A stretch of DNA of 27,816 nucleotides from Oscillospiraceae bacterium (GCA_017501805.1 JAFVWG010000234.1:1-27816); one strand, 5' to 3'. Shown: positions 1 through 11,513, counted from the first letter of the stretch. The notes: a model not told the origin generated them from the sequence alone. Made by a program: numbers and translations.

Positions 1-176
1 ATTTTATACCAATTCCCATTTTCATCTTGATCAAGCTGAATGCCTTTTTCTTGGCGCCAAACCTGCCAAGTTTTTGCTTGGCCGCTTAGCAGTTCGCATT
101 TAGAGCAATGCCATTTGCAGTCAGACATGGTTTCAAAATCAATGTATTGGTTGCTGCCTTTTTTGAATGGATTCAT
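1..176 (-). CDS. 5' part of a low-GC accessory gene truncated by the window edge; possibly an HNH-type restriction endonuclease
   Basis: Not in the ORF track. ATG at 176, GGAGG at 183-187, open frame to position 1: MNPFKKGSNQYIDFETMSDCKWHCSKCELLSGQAKTWQVWRQEKGIQLDQDENGNWYK (CxxC in WHCSKC). About 37% GC over 1-240 by hand count. The gene itself is well supported; the nuclease label is only a recollected resemblance. Confidence 0.6.
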   Translation of the reverse strand, partial: MNPFKKGSNQYIDFETMSDCKWHCSKCELLSGQAKTWQVWRQEKGIQLDQDENGNWYK

Positions 177-202
177 AATATACCTCCGAATATTTTTTAT
201 TA

Positions 203-231
203 ATCATATCAATGCCTGCTGATAAAGGCAA
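203..231 (-). promoter_or_regulatory. sigma-A-type promoter for the left-edge gene
   Basis: TTGCCT (231-226), 17 nt spacer, TATGAT (208-203), with an extended -10 TG. Confidence 0.6.
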
Positions 232-356
232 GAATTTTGTACTTTCGCCGCCGCAAGCATACCTCTACGAAAAAGAAACAACAAGAAACAGAGCCGACCG
301 CAAATACGGTCGACGGTTTCTTTGCAAAGCAGAGCAATGACCCAATGTTTGCCAAT

Positions 357-430
357 ACATCAGTCGAAGTCGACATCATTTCCGAAGGAAACATCATTCG
401 CGAAGCGACATCATCAACGGCAAACATCAT
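357..430. repeat. Five ACATCA units separated by short, mostly palindromic spacers
   Basis: ACATCA at 357, 373, 391, 408 and 424 (spacing 16, 18, 17, 16). Spacers GTCGA-AG-TCGAC, TTTCC-GAA-GGAAA and TCGC-GAA-GCGA are perfect mini-hairpins. Confidence 0.85.
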
Positions 431-432
431 TG

Positions 433-464
433 AAAAAAGCACTTGCATAAGCAAGTGCTTTTTT
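433..464 (-). terminator. Intrinsic terminator directly after tRNA-Pro (symmetric, potentially bidirectional)
   Basis: AAAAAAGCACTTGC-ATAA-GCAAGTGCTTTTTT, a perfect 14-bp inverted repeat. Confidence 0.85.
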
Positions 465-540
465 GGTCCGAGTGGCGGGACTTGAACCCACGGCCTCTTG
501 ACCCCCAGTCAAGCGCGATACCAAACTTCGCCACACCCGG
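464..540 (-). tRNA. tRNA-Pro (anticodon GGG), CCA encoded
   Basis: The reverse complement folds as a 77-nt cloverleaf: acceptor CCGGGTG/CACTCGG, anticodon stem CTTGA/TCAAG with loop CTGGGGG, T-loop TTCAAGT, 3' ACCA. Confidence 0.97.
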
Positions 541-560
541 TGATTTCAGTTGTCCTAAGC

Positions 561-589
561 ATAATAGCACACCGGGTCAAAGTTTTCAA
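561..589 (-). promoter_or_regulatory. sigma-A promoter of tRNA-Pro
   Basis: TTGAAA (589-584), 17 nt, TATTAT (566-561), extended TG; about 20 nt upstream of the tRNA. Confidence 0.7.
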
Positions 590-598
590 GTCCCTATT

Positions 599-1912
599 TT
601 ATTTTTCCTGCTCCGAATTTTCGTTTTCTTCGGGAGCGGGCTCGGAAGCGGGCTTTTCCGCCGCATCTTCCTGCGGCTCTGCCGCGGTCTCCGCAACGGG
701 CGGAAGCTCCGCGACCTCTTCCAGATCATAATACAGATCCGTATTCAGCGGCTTCGCCTTTTTCCTGAGCGATGCGTTCACAAGGTCCCGCACAATGATA
801 TAAACCAGTGCAAAGACCGGCACGCCCAGAAGCATTCCGATCATACCGAAGAGATTGCCGAACACCGTGATGGAGAACAGCACCCAGAAGCCGGACAGAC
901 CGATGGAATCGCCGAGGATCTTCGGTCCGATGACATTGCCGTCGAGCTGCTGCAGTACGATCACGAAGATCACGAAGTAGAGCGCCTGCAGCGGGTTGAC
1001 GATGAGGATCAGCAGCGTACAGGGCACGGCGCCGATGATGGGACCGAACATCGGGATGACGTTGGTAACGCCGATCACGACGGAGATCAGAACGGCAAAC
1101 GGCAGGCGAAGGATCAGCATACCGATATAGCAGAGGATGCCGATGATGATCGAGTCCAGGATCTTGCCGATCACAAAACCGCTGAAAATGCGGTTCGCCT
1201 CTCTGCCGAGGTAAAGGATGCGGTCCGCGTTGCGCGGACGGAACGTTGCGACAACGAGCCGCTTCGCGTGCGCCTGAAAATTCTCTTTCGCCAGCAGCAT
1301 ATAAACCGAGGCGACAAGACCGATCAGCAGGTTGAACACCGACGTCACGATGGCAACGCCGAAGGTCGTCATCCCCGCCATAAGCGTCTGCAGATTGGCG
1401 ACAAGATCGTCGCCGAGGAGCCTCTGCACGTCGTTGTACAGATTATCCAGCAGCCTCTGCGCAGAAACCTGCAGCGCCTCGTTGTTTTTGAGCAATTCGA
1501 GGATCCACGTCCGCGCCTTGTCAAAGTAGAACGGCAGGCTGGCGACCAGAGACGCCACCGTGTCGTACAAATGCGGAATGACCATATAGAACAGGCCGTA
1601 GAGGATAATGCCCGCGATCACAAGCGCGAAGAGGATCGCCAGAACACGTCCGATTTTTTTCATACGTTCCGGCTTTTTGCTCTTTTCGACCATATCCCAG
1701 ACGACGACCTGCTCGAACATTTTCACAAGCGGGTTCAGAAGATACGCGAAGAGCACGCCGAGCAGGATCGGCGACAGCACCTGTAAAAGGTCGGAGATCA
1801 TTTTGAAAAACCCCGGCAGATTGGTGAGCACAACATAGGCAACGATGCTCGCCAGAATCACCAGAAACGCCGTGAGACCCCAATGGAAATACTTATTCGA
1901 ACTCTGTTTCAC
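599..1912 (-). CDS. AI-2E (PerM/UPF0118) family transporter
   Basis: 437 aa, multiple TM segments, IPxFGPIIG and QQLDGNVIGPKILG family motifs, acidic low-complexity C-tail; GTG start with upstream GAAGGAAGG. Confidence 0.88.
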   Translation of the reverse strand: MKQSSNKYFHWGLTAFLVILASIVAYVVLTNLPGFFKMISDLLQVLSPILLGVLFAYLLNPLVKMFEQVVVWDMVEKSKKPERMKKIGRVLAILFALVIAGIILYGLFYMVIPHLYDTVASLVASLPFYFDKARTWILELLKNNEALQVSAQRLLDNLYNDVQRLLGDDLVANLQTLMAGMTTFGVAIVTSVFNLLIGLVASVYMLLAKENFQAHAKRLVVATFRPRNADRILYLGREANRIFSGFVIGKILDSIIIGILCYIGMLILRLPFAVLISVVIGVTNVIPMFGPIIGAVPCTLLILIVNPLQALYFVIFVIVLQQLDGNVIGPKILGDSIGLSGFWVLFSITVFGNLFGMIGMLLGVPVFALVYIIVRDLVNASLRKKAKPLNTDLYYDLEEVAELPPVAETAAEPQEDAAEKPASEPAPEENENSEQEK

Positions 1913-1945
1913 AGGTACATCCTTCCTTCGTTATTTGTTACAGAC

Positions 1946-1974
1946 AGCGTATCACATAAGCTTCGGCGCGTCAA
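1946..1974 (-). promoter_or_regulatory. Probable sigma-A promoter of the AI-2E gene
   Basis: TTGACG (1974-1969), 17 nt, TACGCT (1951-1946) with extended TG; the -35 overlaps the upstream stop codon. Confidence 0.5.
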
Positions 1975-2726
1975 GAAAGATTCGCCGTCTGCGCCGCGGC
2001 TTTTACCATGGAAAACACCTCGCGCAGCTCGTAGTTGATGCGGAAAAACGGATCGCGCGTGACCGCGCCGACCGCGCCCGCCTCCATACCGAGCCGCTCT
2101 GCCAGATACAGCGCACGAAAAAGGTGAAATTCGTTCGTCAGAACGGTCACCTCATCGCTGCCGAAGCCGAGCCTTTCTGCCAGCGCGCGACTGTTCTGCA
2201 GGTTTTCCAGCGTTGTGTGCGCCTCCGTCTCCCGATAGATCCCGCGCATATCCGCACCGCGCTGCTGCAAATACGTATACATCGCCTCGGCTTCCTCGAT
2301 CGGCTCATCGTCGCCTTTTCCGCCGGAAAGGATCATCGGGATCTGCGGATGCTCATTATGAAACGCGAGTGCGGCGTCCAGCCGCTCCCGCAGGATCTGC
2401 GAGGGCGCGCCGCTCGGCTCCACGTGCGCGCCGAGCACGACCGCCCAGCCGCCTTCCCGCGGCGCGGGTGCGGCGTGTCCGAAGAGCGCGATCTGCGAAA
2501 CGGCGACCGTCAGCAGCGCCACGCACAGCGCCATCGCCCAGATCAGTCCCTGCCGCAGATGCGGAAAGATCCCGCGCTCTCTCATCCAAATCGCCGCAGC
2601 GCCGCCCGCCGCGAGCAGCAGAAGACACAGCCCCGTCATCGTCATATTCAGCGGCAGAAGGCACAGCGCAGCTCCCGCCGCGCCGAACAGCAGCGGCAGC
2701 CGATATGTGCGAAGGGATCTTGTCAT
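1971..2726 (-). CDS. YdcF/SanA/ElyC (DUF218) family membrane-anchored protein
   Basis: N-terminal TM helices, then VVLGA...RLDAA, ILSGGKG..EA..M, ETEAHTTLEN and VLTNEFHLFRA motifs typical of DUF218. Confidence 0.88.
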   Translation of the reverse strand: MTRSLRTYRLPLLFGAAGAALCLLPLNMTMTGLCLLLLAAGGAAAIWMRERGIFPHLRQGLIWAMALCVALLTVAVSQIALFGHAAPAPREGGWAVVLGAHVEPSGAPSQILRERLDAALAFHNEHPQIPMILSGGKGDDEPIEEAEAMYTYLQQRGADMRGIYRETEAHTTLENLQNSRALAERLGFGSDEVTVLTNEFHLFRALYLAERLGMEAGAVGAVTRDPFFRINYELREVFSMVKAAAQTANLS

Positions 2727-4613
2727 TCAGCAGCCCTCCAGCTTTAAGCTCATCGTTTCCCATTCCTCCATACGCTCGGAAAGCTCGCGTTCAAGCTCCT
2801 CACGTTTTTGCAGGAGCTCTGTGAGCGCCTGATAATCTCCGCCCTTTTCGGCGATCTCCTCGTCGAGAGCGGCAAGCGCCTGTTCCAGTTTTTCGATCTC
2901 CCGCTCCGCGAGGCGGATCTTCCGCTCCAGACTTTTATCTCCGCGCGGCGCGGCAGTTTTCTTTTCTTCCTTCGGTGCTTCCTTCACCGTTTTTTTCCGC
3001 TGCGCCTCGGCTTCGTGCGCCTTGATCGAGCGGTATTTTTCATATCCGCAGGGAAAATCGCGGATCTTTCCGTTTTCCAGCTCCCAGATGCGCGTGGCAA
3101 AGCGTCCTACGAAATAGCGGTCGTGCGAGACGAAGAGCAGCGTTCCGCCGTAGGCGTCCACCGCGTCCTCGATCCACTCGCGCGAAGCGATATCCAGATG
3201 GTTTGTCGGCTCGTCGAGCACGAGCAGGTCGACCTTTTCATCCATCAGCATACACAGCCGCAGGCGGCTCATCTCTCCGCCGGAGAGCTGCGATACGGTC
3301 TTGAACACATCGTCGCCGCGGAACAGGAACGCGCCGAGACGATCCCGCGCGGACTGCGGTGTGCAGTTTTTTTCGTAGAGCATCGTGTCCAGCAGCGTCC
3401 GCTCCGGATGCTCAAAGCAGATCGTCTGCTCCAGATACGCGCTTTTCACCGTCGGTCCGAACTTGATCCGTCCCGTGGCAGGCTCCAGCCCGAGCAGGAC
3501 CTTCAGAAGGGTACTTTTTCCCGTTCCGTTGTCACCGAGCAGGGCGATCCGTTCGCCGCCGCGCACCTGCAGCTCCACATCGGAAAAGAGCACACGGTCG
3601 CCGAAGCTCTTCGTCAGCCCGCGCGCGGAAAACAGCTCGTCCCCCTGAAAGAGTTTTTCCTGAAAGCGCGCACGCAATTCCATTTCTTTCTGCGGGCGTT
3701 CGGTCTTTTCGATCCGATCCATACGGTGGCGGATGGACATCGCACGGCGGAAGAGCGTGCGGTTGTTGATGCCCCAGCCCTTCATCCGCTCAAAGGTGTA
3801 GCCGAGCTGCGCAAGCTTCTGCTGCTCCTTCTCGTACTGCTTGAGCTGCCGTTCGTAGCGCGCCTCCTTCTCCTCCGCATAGAAGGAGTAGTTGCCGCTG
3901 TAGAACTCCGCCTTTCCGCCGCGGACCTCCACGATCCGCGTGACGATCGTATCCAAGAAGTAGCGATCGTGCGAGACGGTCAGCACCGTTCCCTTAAAAC
4001 CGAGGATGTACTCCTCCAGCCACTCCACGCTGCGCATATCCATATGGTTCGTCGGCTCGTCCAGAAGCAGGATATCCGTTTTCTCCAGAAGCAGCCGCGC
4101 CAGGTTCACGCGGGTCTTCTCTCCGCCCGAGAGCGTGGCAAAGCGCCGCTCGCGCATCGCGGGCGGGATGCCGAGACCGTTGCAGATCTTGTCGGTCTCC
4201 ACAGCTGTTCCGTAGCCGCCCAGGAACTGAAAACGCGCGGAAAGCTCATCATAGCGCCGCAGCAGTGTCTGCGGCGCGGATGCGGTCATACGGGACTCCA
4301 GCGCCTCCATCTGCGCGCGGATGCCGTCGATTTCGGTAAATGCCATATGCAGCACGTCCTCGACGGTGTCGCTCTCTCCGAAGCTCGGAAGCTGCGACAT
4401 CATGCCGACCTTTCTTCCCGCACCGAAGTGCACCTCGCCCTCGTCCGGGAGCAGTTCCCCGCAGAGGATCTTCAGCAGGGTGCTCTTTCCCGCGCCGTTT
4501 TTTCCCATAATCCCGACGCGTTCGCCCGCCTGCACTTCAAAGCTCAGGCCGTCCAGCACATTGCGGTCGGAATCAAAGGATTTCACCAAATTGTTCACGA
4601 AGATGTCAATCAT
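2727..4613 (-). CDS. ABC-F family ATPase (ribosome-associated) with C-terminal coiled coil
   Basis: Two ABC domains (GKNGAGKS/LSGGEK/LLLDEPTNH and GDNGTGKS/LSGGEM/LVLDEPTNH), no TM segments, helical linker and C-terminal coiled coil. Confidence 0.92.
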   Translation of the reverse strand: MIDIFVNNLVKSFDSDRNVLDGLSFEVQAGERVGIMGKNGAGKSTLLKILCGELLPDEGEVHFGAGRKVGMMSQLPSFGESDTVEDVLHMAFTEIDGIRAQMEALESRMTASAPQTLLRRYDELSARFQFLGGYGTAVETDKICNGLGIPPAMRERRFATLSGGEKTRVNLARLLLEKTDILLLDEPTNHMDMRSVEWLEEYILGFKGTVLTVSHDRYFLDTIVTRIVEVRGGKAEFYSGNYSFYAEEKEARYERQLKQYEKEQQKLAQLGYTFERMKGWGINNRTLFRRAMSIRHRMDRIEKTERPQKEMELRARFQEKLFQGDELFSARGLTKSFGDRVLFSDVELQVRGGERIALLGDNGTGKSTLLKVLLGLEPATGRIKFGPTVKSAYLEQTICFEHPERTLLDTMLYEKNCTPQSARDRLGAFLFRGDDVFKTVSQLSGGEMSRLRLCMLMDEKVDLLVLDEPTNHLDIASREWIEDAVDAYGGTLLFVSHDRYFVGRFATRIWELENGKIRDFPCGYEKYRSIKAHEAEAQRKKTVKEAPKEEKKTAAPRGDKSLERKIRLAEREIEKLEQALAALDEEIAEKGGDYQALTELLQKREELERELSERMEEWETMSLKLEGC

Positions 4614-5202
4614 TGTTTAATTCTCCGCACAGTTCATAAAAACGTTCGCGGTCCATCAGGAGATTGACCGCGTCAAGCAGTGCGCCGGTGCTCATATGCT
4701 CCGGCAGCTGCGCCATATGCGTGAACGCCTTGCGCCGCGCACGGCTGTTCGGTCCGCCTGTCAGACCCACGTCATAAAAATCCTGCCGCGTGATCGCCTC
4801 TGCGGCAGGCGCGGCACATTCGCCGTCCAGCTCCGCCCCGGCGTTTTTGAGCGCCGTGAGCAGCACCTCGCGGGTCATGCCCTCCACACCGAGCTTTCCC
4901 TCCTTGCCGGGAGCCCGTTTGCGGCGCTCTTTTCCGGCAACATCGGGCACATAGGCGTGCAGAACGCGATCCTTCGGCAGAGCGCCCTTCAGGTAGTTTC
5001 GGATCACGAAGCCCGCCCCGTCGGGGTCTGTCAGGATCACCAGCCCGCGCTCCTCCGCCACGCGGCGAAGGTACTGCAGCTTCTCCTTGTCCGACAGAAT
5101 GCCAAAGCCGTTTGTTTCAATGATGGGCGCGTCCACAAGCTGTCTCAGCGTGTTCTTATCGTAGCGCCCCTCGACCACGATCGCCTGTTTGACCCGGATC
5201 AT
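4606..5202 (-). CDS. rnmV: Ribonuclease M5 (Toprim + DUF4093)
   Basis: IVVEGRYD and ILTDPDGAG Toprim motifs, GKLGVEG, LPEHMSTGALL C-terminal region. Confidence 0.88.
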   Translation of the reverse strand: MIRVKQAIVVEGRYDKNTLRQLVDAPIIETNGFGILSDKEKLQYLRRVAEERGLVILTDPDGAGFVIRNYLKGALPKDRVLHAYVPDVAGKERRKRAPGKEGKLGVEGMTREVLLTALKNAGAELDGECAAPAAEAITRQDFYDVGLTGGPNSRARRKAFTHMAQLPEHMSTGALLDAVNLLMDRERFYELCGELNND

Positions 5203-6248
5203 ACTTCGCCCTTTCCCGCCAGCTTCAGGAGCAGCAGCTCCAGCGTAAGCGTGCTGTCCCGACCGAAGGATTTGAGCGCACGGTCCGTCTCAAAGCAGTC
5301 CAGCACCGCCTGTCGGCAAAAGCTTTCGTCCAGCTTGTCCGCCTGCTGCAGAAGCTTTTTGGCGTAAAAATCCGATCTGCCGTCGATCGTCTGCATCAGC
5401 TGCTGCGGGCCGCCCCCTGCGGCACGCACCGTCTTCGCGGCAAGCAGCTTGCGCAAATGCGCGCCGACCGCGCCGAGGATGGCGATCGGCTCCTCCTGAT
5501 TTTGGAGCATCGACTGCAGATGCCGCAGCGTTTTGTCTGCGTCTCCCGCCGCCAGAGCGTCGATCAGATCGAACGCGGCAGCCGTAAGGGTCGGCTCCGT
5601 CACCGCATCGATATCCTCTTTGCGGATCTCCTGTCCGGAGCAGTATGCCGAAATTTTTCGGATCTCTCCGTCCAGCGCGTGCATCTTTCCGCCCGTGAGG
5701 AGGATCAGATATCGGCACAGTTCGGGGTGGATGCTCTTCCCCTCGCTGCGGAAATGGCGTGCGATCCAGTCGCACAGCTCGCGCTCGGACTGCATATAAA
5801 ACTCCACCGCGCAGCCGTATGACTTGACAGCGGCGCTCAGTTTTTTCAGTTTTCCGTCCGTCTTATACGGGATCGTATCATAGTAAAAAACGAGGCAGCA
5901 GGTGTCGGGCAGATCGGAGATCAGCGAGATAAAATTCTCCCGCTCTCCCTCTGCCGCGAGGAAGGGATTATAATCCTCGACCCGTACCAGCACGCGCTCC
6001 GCGAGCATCGGCAGCGCGTCCACGGCGAGGCGCAGCGCCTCCGGGCTCATCTCCTCCGCGGTGATGCGGCGGTAGTTGAATTCCTCCATCGCACCGCCCA
6101 GCAGCTTTTTCTTCAGCGCCGCGAAGTAGTATTCCTTCAGATAGGACTCTTCCCCGTAGAAAAAGTAGAGCTTCGCGGGCGTTCCTGCCTTGATGTCGTT
6201 TTTCAGCTGCTGCAGACCTTCGTAGTCGGTCTCTTTTTTGTAGGCCAT
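5199..6248 (-). CDS. holA: DNA polymerase III subunit delta
   Basis: LYFFYGEESYL N-terminal motif, 349 aa, AFDLIDAL collar region; conserved position downstream of comEC. Confidence 0.9.
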   Translation of the reverse strand: MAYKKETDYEGLQQLKNDIKAGTPAKLYFFYGEESYLKEYYFAALKKKLLGGAMEEFNYRRITAEEMSPEALRLAVDALPMLAERVLVRVEDYNPFLAAEGERENFISLISDLPDTCCLVFYYDTIPYKTDGKLKKLSAAVKSYGCAVEFYMQSERELCDWIARHFRSEGKSIHPELCRYLILLTGGKMHALDGEIRKISAYCSGQEIRKEDIDAVTEPTLTAAAFDLIDALAAGDADKTLRHLQSMLQNQEEPIAILGAVGAHLRKLLAAKTVRAAGGGPQQLMQTIDGRSDFYAKKLLQQADKLDESFCRQAVLDCFETDRALKSFGRDSTLTLELLLLKLAGKGEV

Positions 6249-6252
6249 TGTC

Positions 6253-8448
6253 TCACCACCTGATCGTCATCGTTTTGTTGTCTATGGTTGCCGCGGCTTT
6301 TCCGCCCACGGCACGAACGCGGGAGAGCATCTCCGGCGCAGGATGTCCGTATGAGTTTTCCCCGACGGAGATCCACACAAGCTCCGGGCGCAGCGCCCCG
6401 AGGAGCCTCGCACCGGTCGCGTCGGCAGAGCCGTGATGCCCCGCCACAAGCACTTCCAGATCCGGAAGTTTCTCACGTTTCAGAAGCGCGTTTTCCTCGC
6501 GCACAGGCAGGTCTCCCGTTACAAGAATATCACACCCCGCCGCCGATGCCAAGACGGAAAGACCGCCGGAGTTGTCGGTTTTTCCCGAAGTCGGCGGCAT
6601 AAGTGTAATGGCGCCGTCAAACAGCTCACAGTGCTCTTTCACAACGGAAACAGGGATCCCCCGCTCCGCCGCGAGCTTCACGACCGCCTCATCCTCTGCC
6701 TCATAGGGGATGTAGAGTTTTTCGATCCGAAGGCGCTCCATCAGCTGTGCGATGCCCTCCGTGTGATCGCGGTCAAAGTGTGTCAGGATCAGCGCATCCA
6801 CCTGCCGGACGCCGTCGGAAAGCAGCGCGCGTGCCGCGATCTCGCCGCTTTCCTCACCGGAGCCGCCGCAGTCGATCACCGCCGTGCGGTCATCATCGTG
6901 CCACAAAAGGCTCTGTCCCTGTCCCACATCCAGCATTGTAAAATATCCCCTGCTCTTCTCGGCAAGCGTAAAGCCGAAACAGAGCGCAAAGGTCAGCGCA
7001 GCACAGGCAAAGGCCGTTGTCCGTTTGGGGCGCAGCAAAAGAAGCATCGGAAGCAGCATCTCCGCAAAGCAGAGCCACGCAAGCAAAAAGGGCGTCTCGC
7101 CGTACAGCGCGGGAAACGGCAGCGCGGAAAAGAACCCCGTCACCGCATCGGTCCACAGTCGAAGCAGGTCAAGGCCTGTCGCCGCGACCACCGCCGCGGC
7201 GGGAAATACAAGCCCGAGCAGCGCCGTGAGGATACCGCCCGCAAAGGCGAGCGTGATCGCCCAGATGCACAAAATGTTCACAGGGAGCGCCGCAAGCGAA
7301 CCCATACCAAAACACATCACGGAAAGCGGCTGTGTCACGGCGGTCGCAGAAAGGCTGAACACCGTGGTGGAGATCACATAGCGAAGCGGCGCAAAGCGTC
7401 TTCCCTCTTTCCATTTCTCCGGGGTAAGCCGCTGCGTCAAAGGAGCGCAAAGCAGGAAGATCCCCGCCGTTGCCAGAAAGGACATCTGCGTGCCGACCCC
7501 GGCGATCGCCCACGGGTTCTGCAGAACGATCAGCAGCAGCGCCGCGGCAAGTGCCGTCGGCGAATCGTATTCCCGTTTCAGCAAGGGCGCCGTCAGCAAA
7601 ACCGTCTGCATCACCGCAGCGCGTACCGTGCCCGACGCAGCTCCCGAAAGGAGCGTAAACAGCCACACCGCAGGAAGTCCCAGGATCGCCGCAAGCTTCC
7701 GCTGTCTGCCGCAGAGCATGGCGATGAAGCCGGAAAGGACGGAAACGTGCATCCCCGACAGGCTGATCGTGTGATACAGTCCGCAGACGGAAAGTCTGTT
7801 CTGTGCCTCAAAGGAAAGCTCGCTTCGGTCTCCCGTAACGAGCGCAAGAAAGAACGGTATGCCGTCCTCGGGAAAGCAGTCCCGGATGCTTTGTCGGAGC
7901 ATGCGCGCCGCGCAGACCGGAAGCTGCCGAACAGACAGCGCGGTCTGCGGTACGACCTCGGTGATCTCTCGCACGTTGCCCGTCAGAAAGGTCCCGCGTG
8001 CAAGCAGGTATTCGCTCCATCCTTCCGCAGCACGCAGGCTCGCAATGCCCCGAACGCGATCCCCCGGAAAAAGCTCCTGCGTATCTCCGGGAAAGTACAG
8101 CAGACACGGCGCAGAGCCTCCGTCCCACAAAACCTTCGCCTCGGCGGAGCGGCGTGTGCCGATGCGCCGCATCGGCTCTGTGATCACCGCGGAAAACGCC
8201 GTTGCCTCTTTTGGGATCTCATCGGGAGCCGGCACGAGCAGCGCCCGATAACCGGCGCACCATCCAAAAGCCAGCGCCGCTCCGAGAAAGACCGCCAGCG
8301 CTCTGCGTCTGAGCTGTGCCGCTCCGCGCAGAAACAGCAGCGCTGCCGCTCCGATCAGCAAAAGCGCCGTGAGCACGGCGGCTGCGCCGCAGACAAAGAG
8401 CAGCGCGGCGGCGGAAAACCCGCAGGAAAACCACAGCAGTTTCCGCAA
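6253..8448 (-). CDS. comEC: ComEC/Rec2 DNA uptake channel with metallo-beta-lactamase domain
   Basis: HTISLSGMHV competence-domain motif, multi-TM core, MBL domain (LDVGQGQS, THFDRDH, VTGD, GHHGS). Start most likely TTG at 8448 (GGGGTG 6 nt upstream), not the track start at 8571. Confidence 0.9.
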   Translation of the reverse strand: MRKLLWFSCGFSAAALLFVCGAAAVLTALLLIGAAALLFLRGAAQLRRRALAVFLGAALAFGWCAGYRALLVPAPDEIPKEATAFSAVITEPMRRIGTRRSAEAKVLWDGGSAPCLLYFPGDTQELFPGDRVRGIASLRAAEGWSEYLLARGTFLTGNVREITEVVPQTALSVRQLPVCAARMLRQSIRDCFPEDGIPFFLALVTGDRSELSFEAQNRLSVCGLYHTISLSGMHVSVLSGFIAMLCGRQRKLAAILGLPAVWLFTLLSGAASGTVRAAVMQTVLLTAPLLKREYDSPTALAAALLLIVLQNPWAIAGVGTQMSFLATAGIFLLCAPLTQRLTPEKWKEGRRFAPLRYVISTTVFSLSATAVTQPLSVMCFGMGSLAALPVNILCIWAITLAFAGGILTALLGLVFPAAAVVAATGLDLLRLWTDAVTGFFSALPFPALYGETPFLLAWLCFAEMLLPMLLLLRPKRTTAFACAALTFALCFGFTLAEKSRGYFTMLDVGQGQSLLWHDDDRTAVIDCGGSGEESGEIAARALLSDGVRQVDALILTHFDRDHTEGIAQLMERLRIEKLYIPYEAEDEAVVKLAAERGIPVSVVKEHCELFDGAITLMPPTSGKTDNSGGLSVLASAAGCDILVTGDLPVREENALLKREKLPDLEVLVAGHHGSADATGARLLGALRPELVWISVGENSYGHPAPEMLSRVRAVGGKAAATIDNKTMTIRW

Positions 8449-8497
8449 GTTCTTCACCCCATTGTGCACGCGATGTCTCGCGTTTTTTGTCGAAAGA

Positions 8498-8526
8498 AGT
8501 ATAGCACAAGCGCCGCACATTGTAAA
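8498..8526 (-). promoter_or_regulatory. sigma-A promoter of the comEC-holA-rnmV-abcF-ydcF operon
   Basis: TTTACA (8526-8521), 17 nt, TATACT (8503-8498), extended TG. Confidence 0.7.
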
Positions 8527-8557
8527 TATAACACCCCGTCTTCGCCCGCATTCGCGG

Positions 8558-8585
8558 TTGACAACAGTCAAAAACGTGCTAAAAT
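8558..8585 (+). promoter_or_regulatory. sigma-A promoter of alaS
   Basis: TTGACA (8558-8563), 16 nt, TAAAAT (8580-8585), extended TG. Confidence 0.75.
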
Positions 8586-8600
8586 GAGATAAAATGAAAA

Positions 8601-8818
8601 CGCATCGGAAAGATGAGTCGGCGCACAGCGTTTCGCAGAGAGCGGAGGGTCGGTGGAACTTCGCAGGCGCGGCGGCGGCAGCCCCTTTCCGGCAGACCGC
8701 GGGGAGCGGTCCGGCTCACCGCCGATATCCGGTGATCAAGACGCCGATCCTTCGGTAATCAGGGTGGTACCGCGAAGCTTGTCTTCGCCCCTGAAGCGAG
8801 GGGTCGTTTTCTATTTTT
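8601..8818 (+). promoter_or_regulatory. T-box riboswitch (alanine) with terminator
   Basis: Stem I GGAAAG...CTTTCC with AGAGA and GGTGGAA boxes, Ala codons (GCA/GCC) near 8678-8683 at the specifier position, T-box AGGGTGGTACCGCG (8761-8774), terminator CGCCCCT-GAAGCG-AGGGGTCG plus T-rich tail. Confidence 0.92.
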
Positions 8819-8838
8819 CGACAAAGGAGATCCAAACA

Positions 8839-11493
<2,655 letters not shown>

Positions 11494-11513
11494 TAACGGA
11501 AAGGAGAATCACC

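Noticed and set aside
357-430. Repeat array as a CRISPR
   Set aside because: 6-nt repeats with about 10-12 nt spacers are far below CRISPR dimensions, and no cas genes are present.
209-485. Small ORFs 237-485 (+), 209-454 (-) and 40-222 (+)
   Set aside because: They overlap the repeat array, terminator, tRNA or the real minus-strand gene, and have no convincing RBS.
2727-4613. ABC-F as an antibiotic-resistance (ARE) gene
   Set aside because: It is embedded in a housekeeping operon with host-like composition, with no leader peptide or attenuator and no mobile context. The subfamily cannot be assigned without HMMs.
464-4613. Functional link between tRNA-Pro and the ABC-F (proline-stall rescue)
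   Set aside because: They are separated by two unrelated genes and have separate promoters; proximity alone is not evidence.
8449-8838. Track N-terminal extensions of comEC (to 8571) and alaS (from 8653)
   Set aside because: They run through the promoters and the T-box leader; better RBS-linked starts exist at 8448 and 8839.
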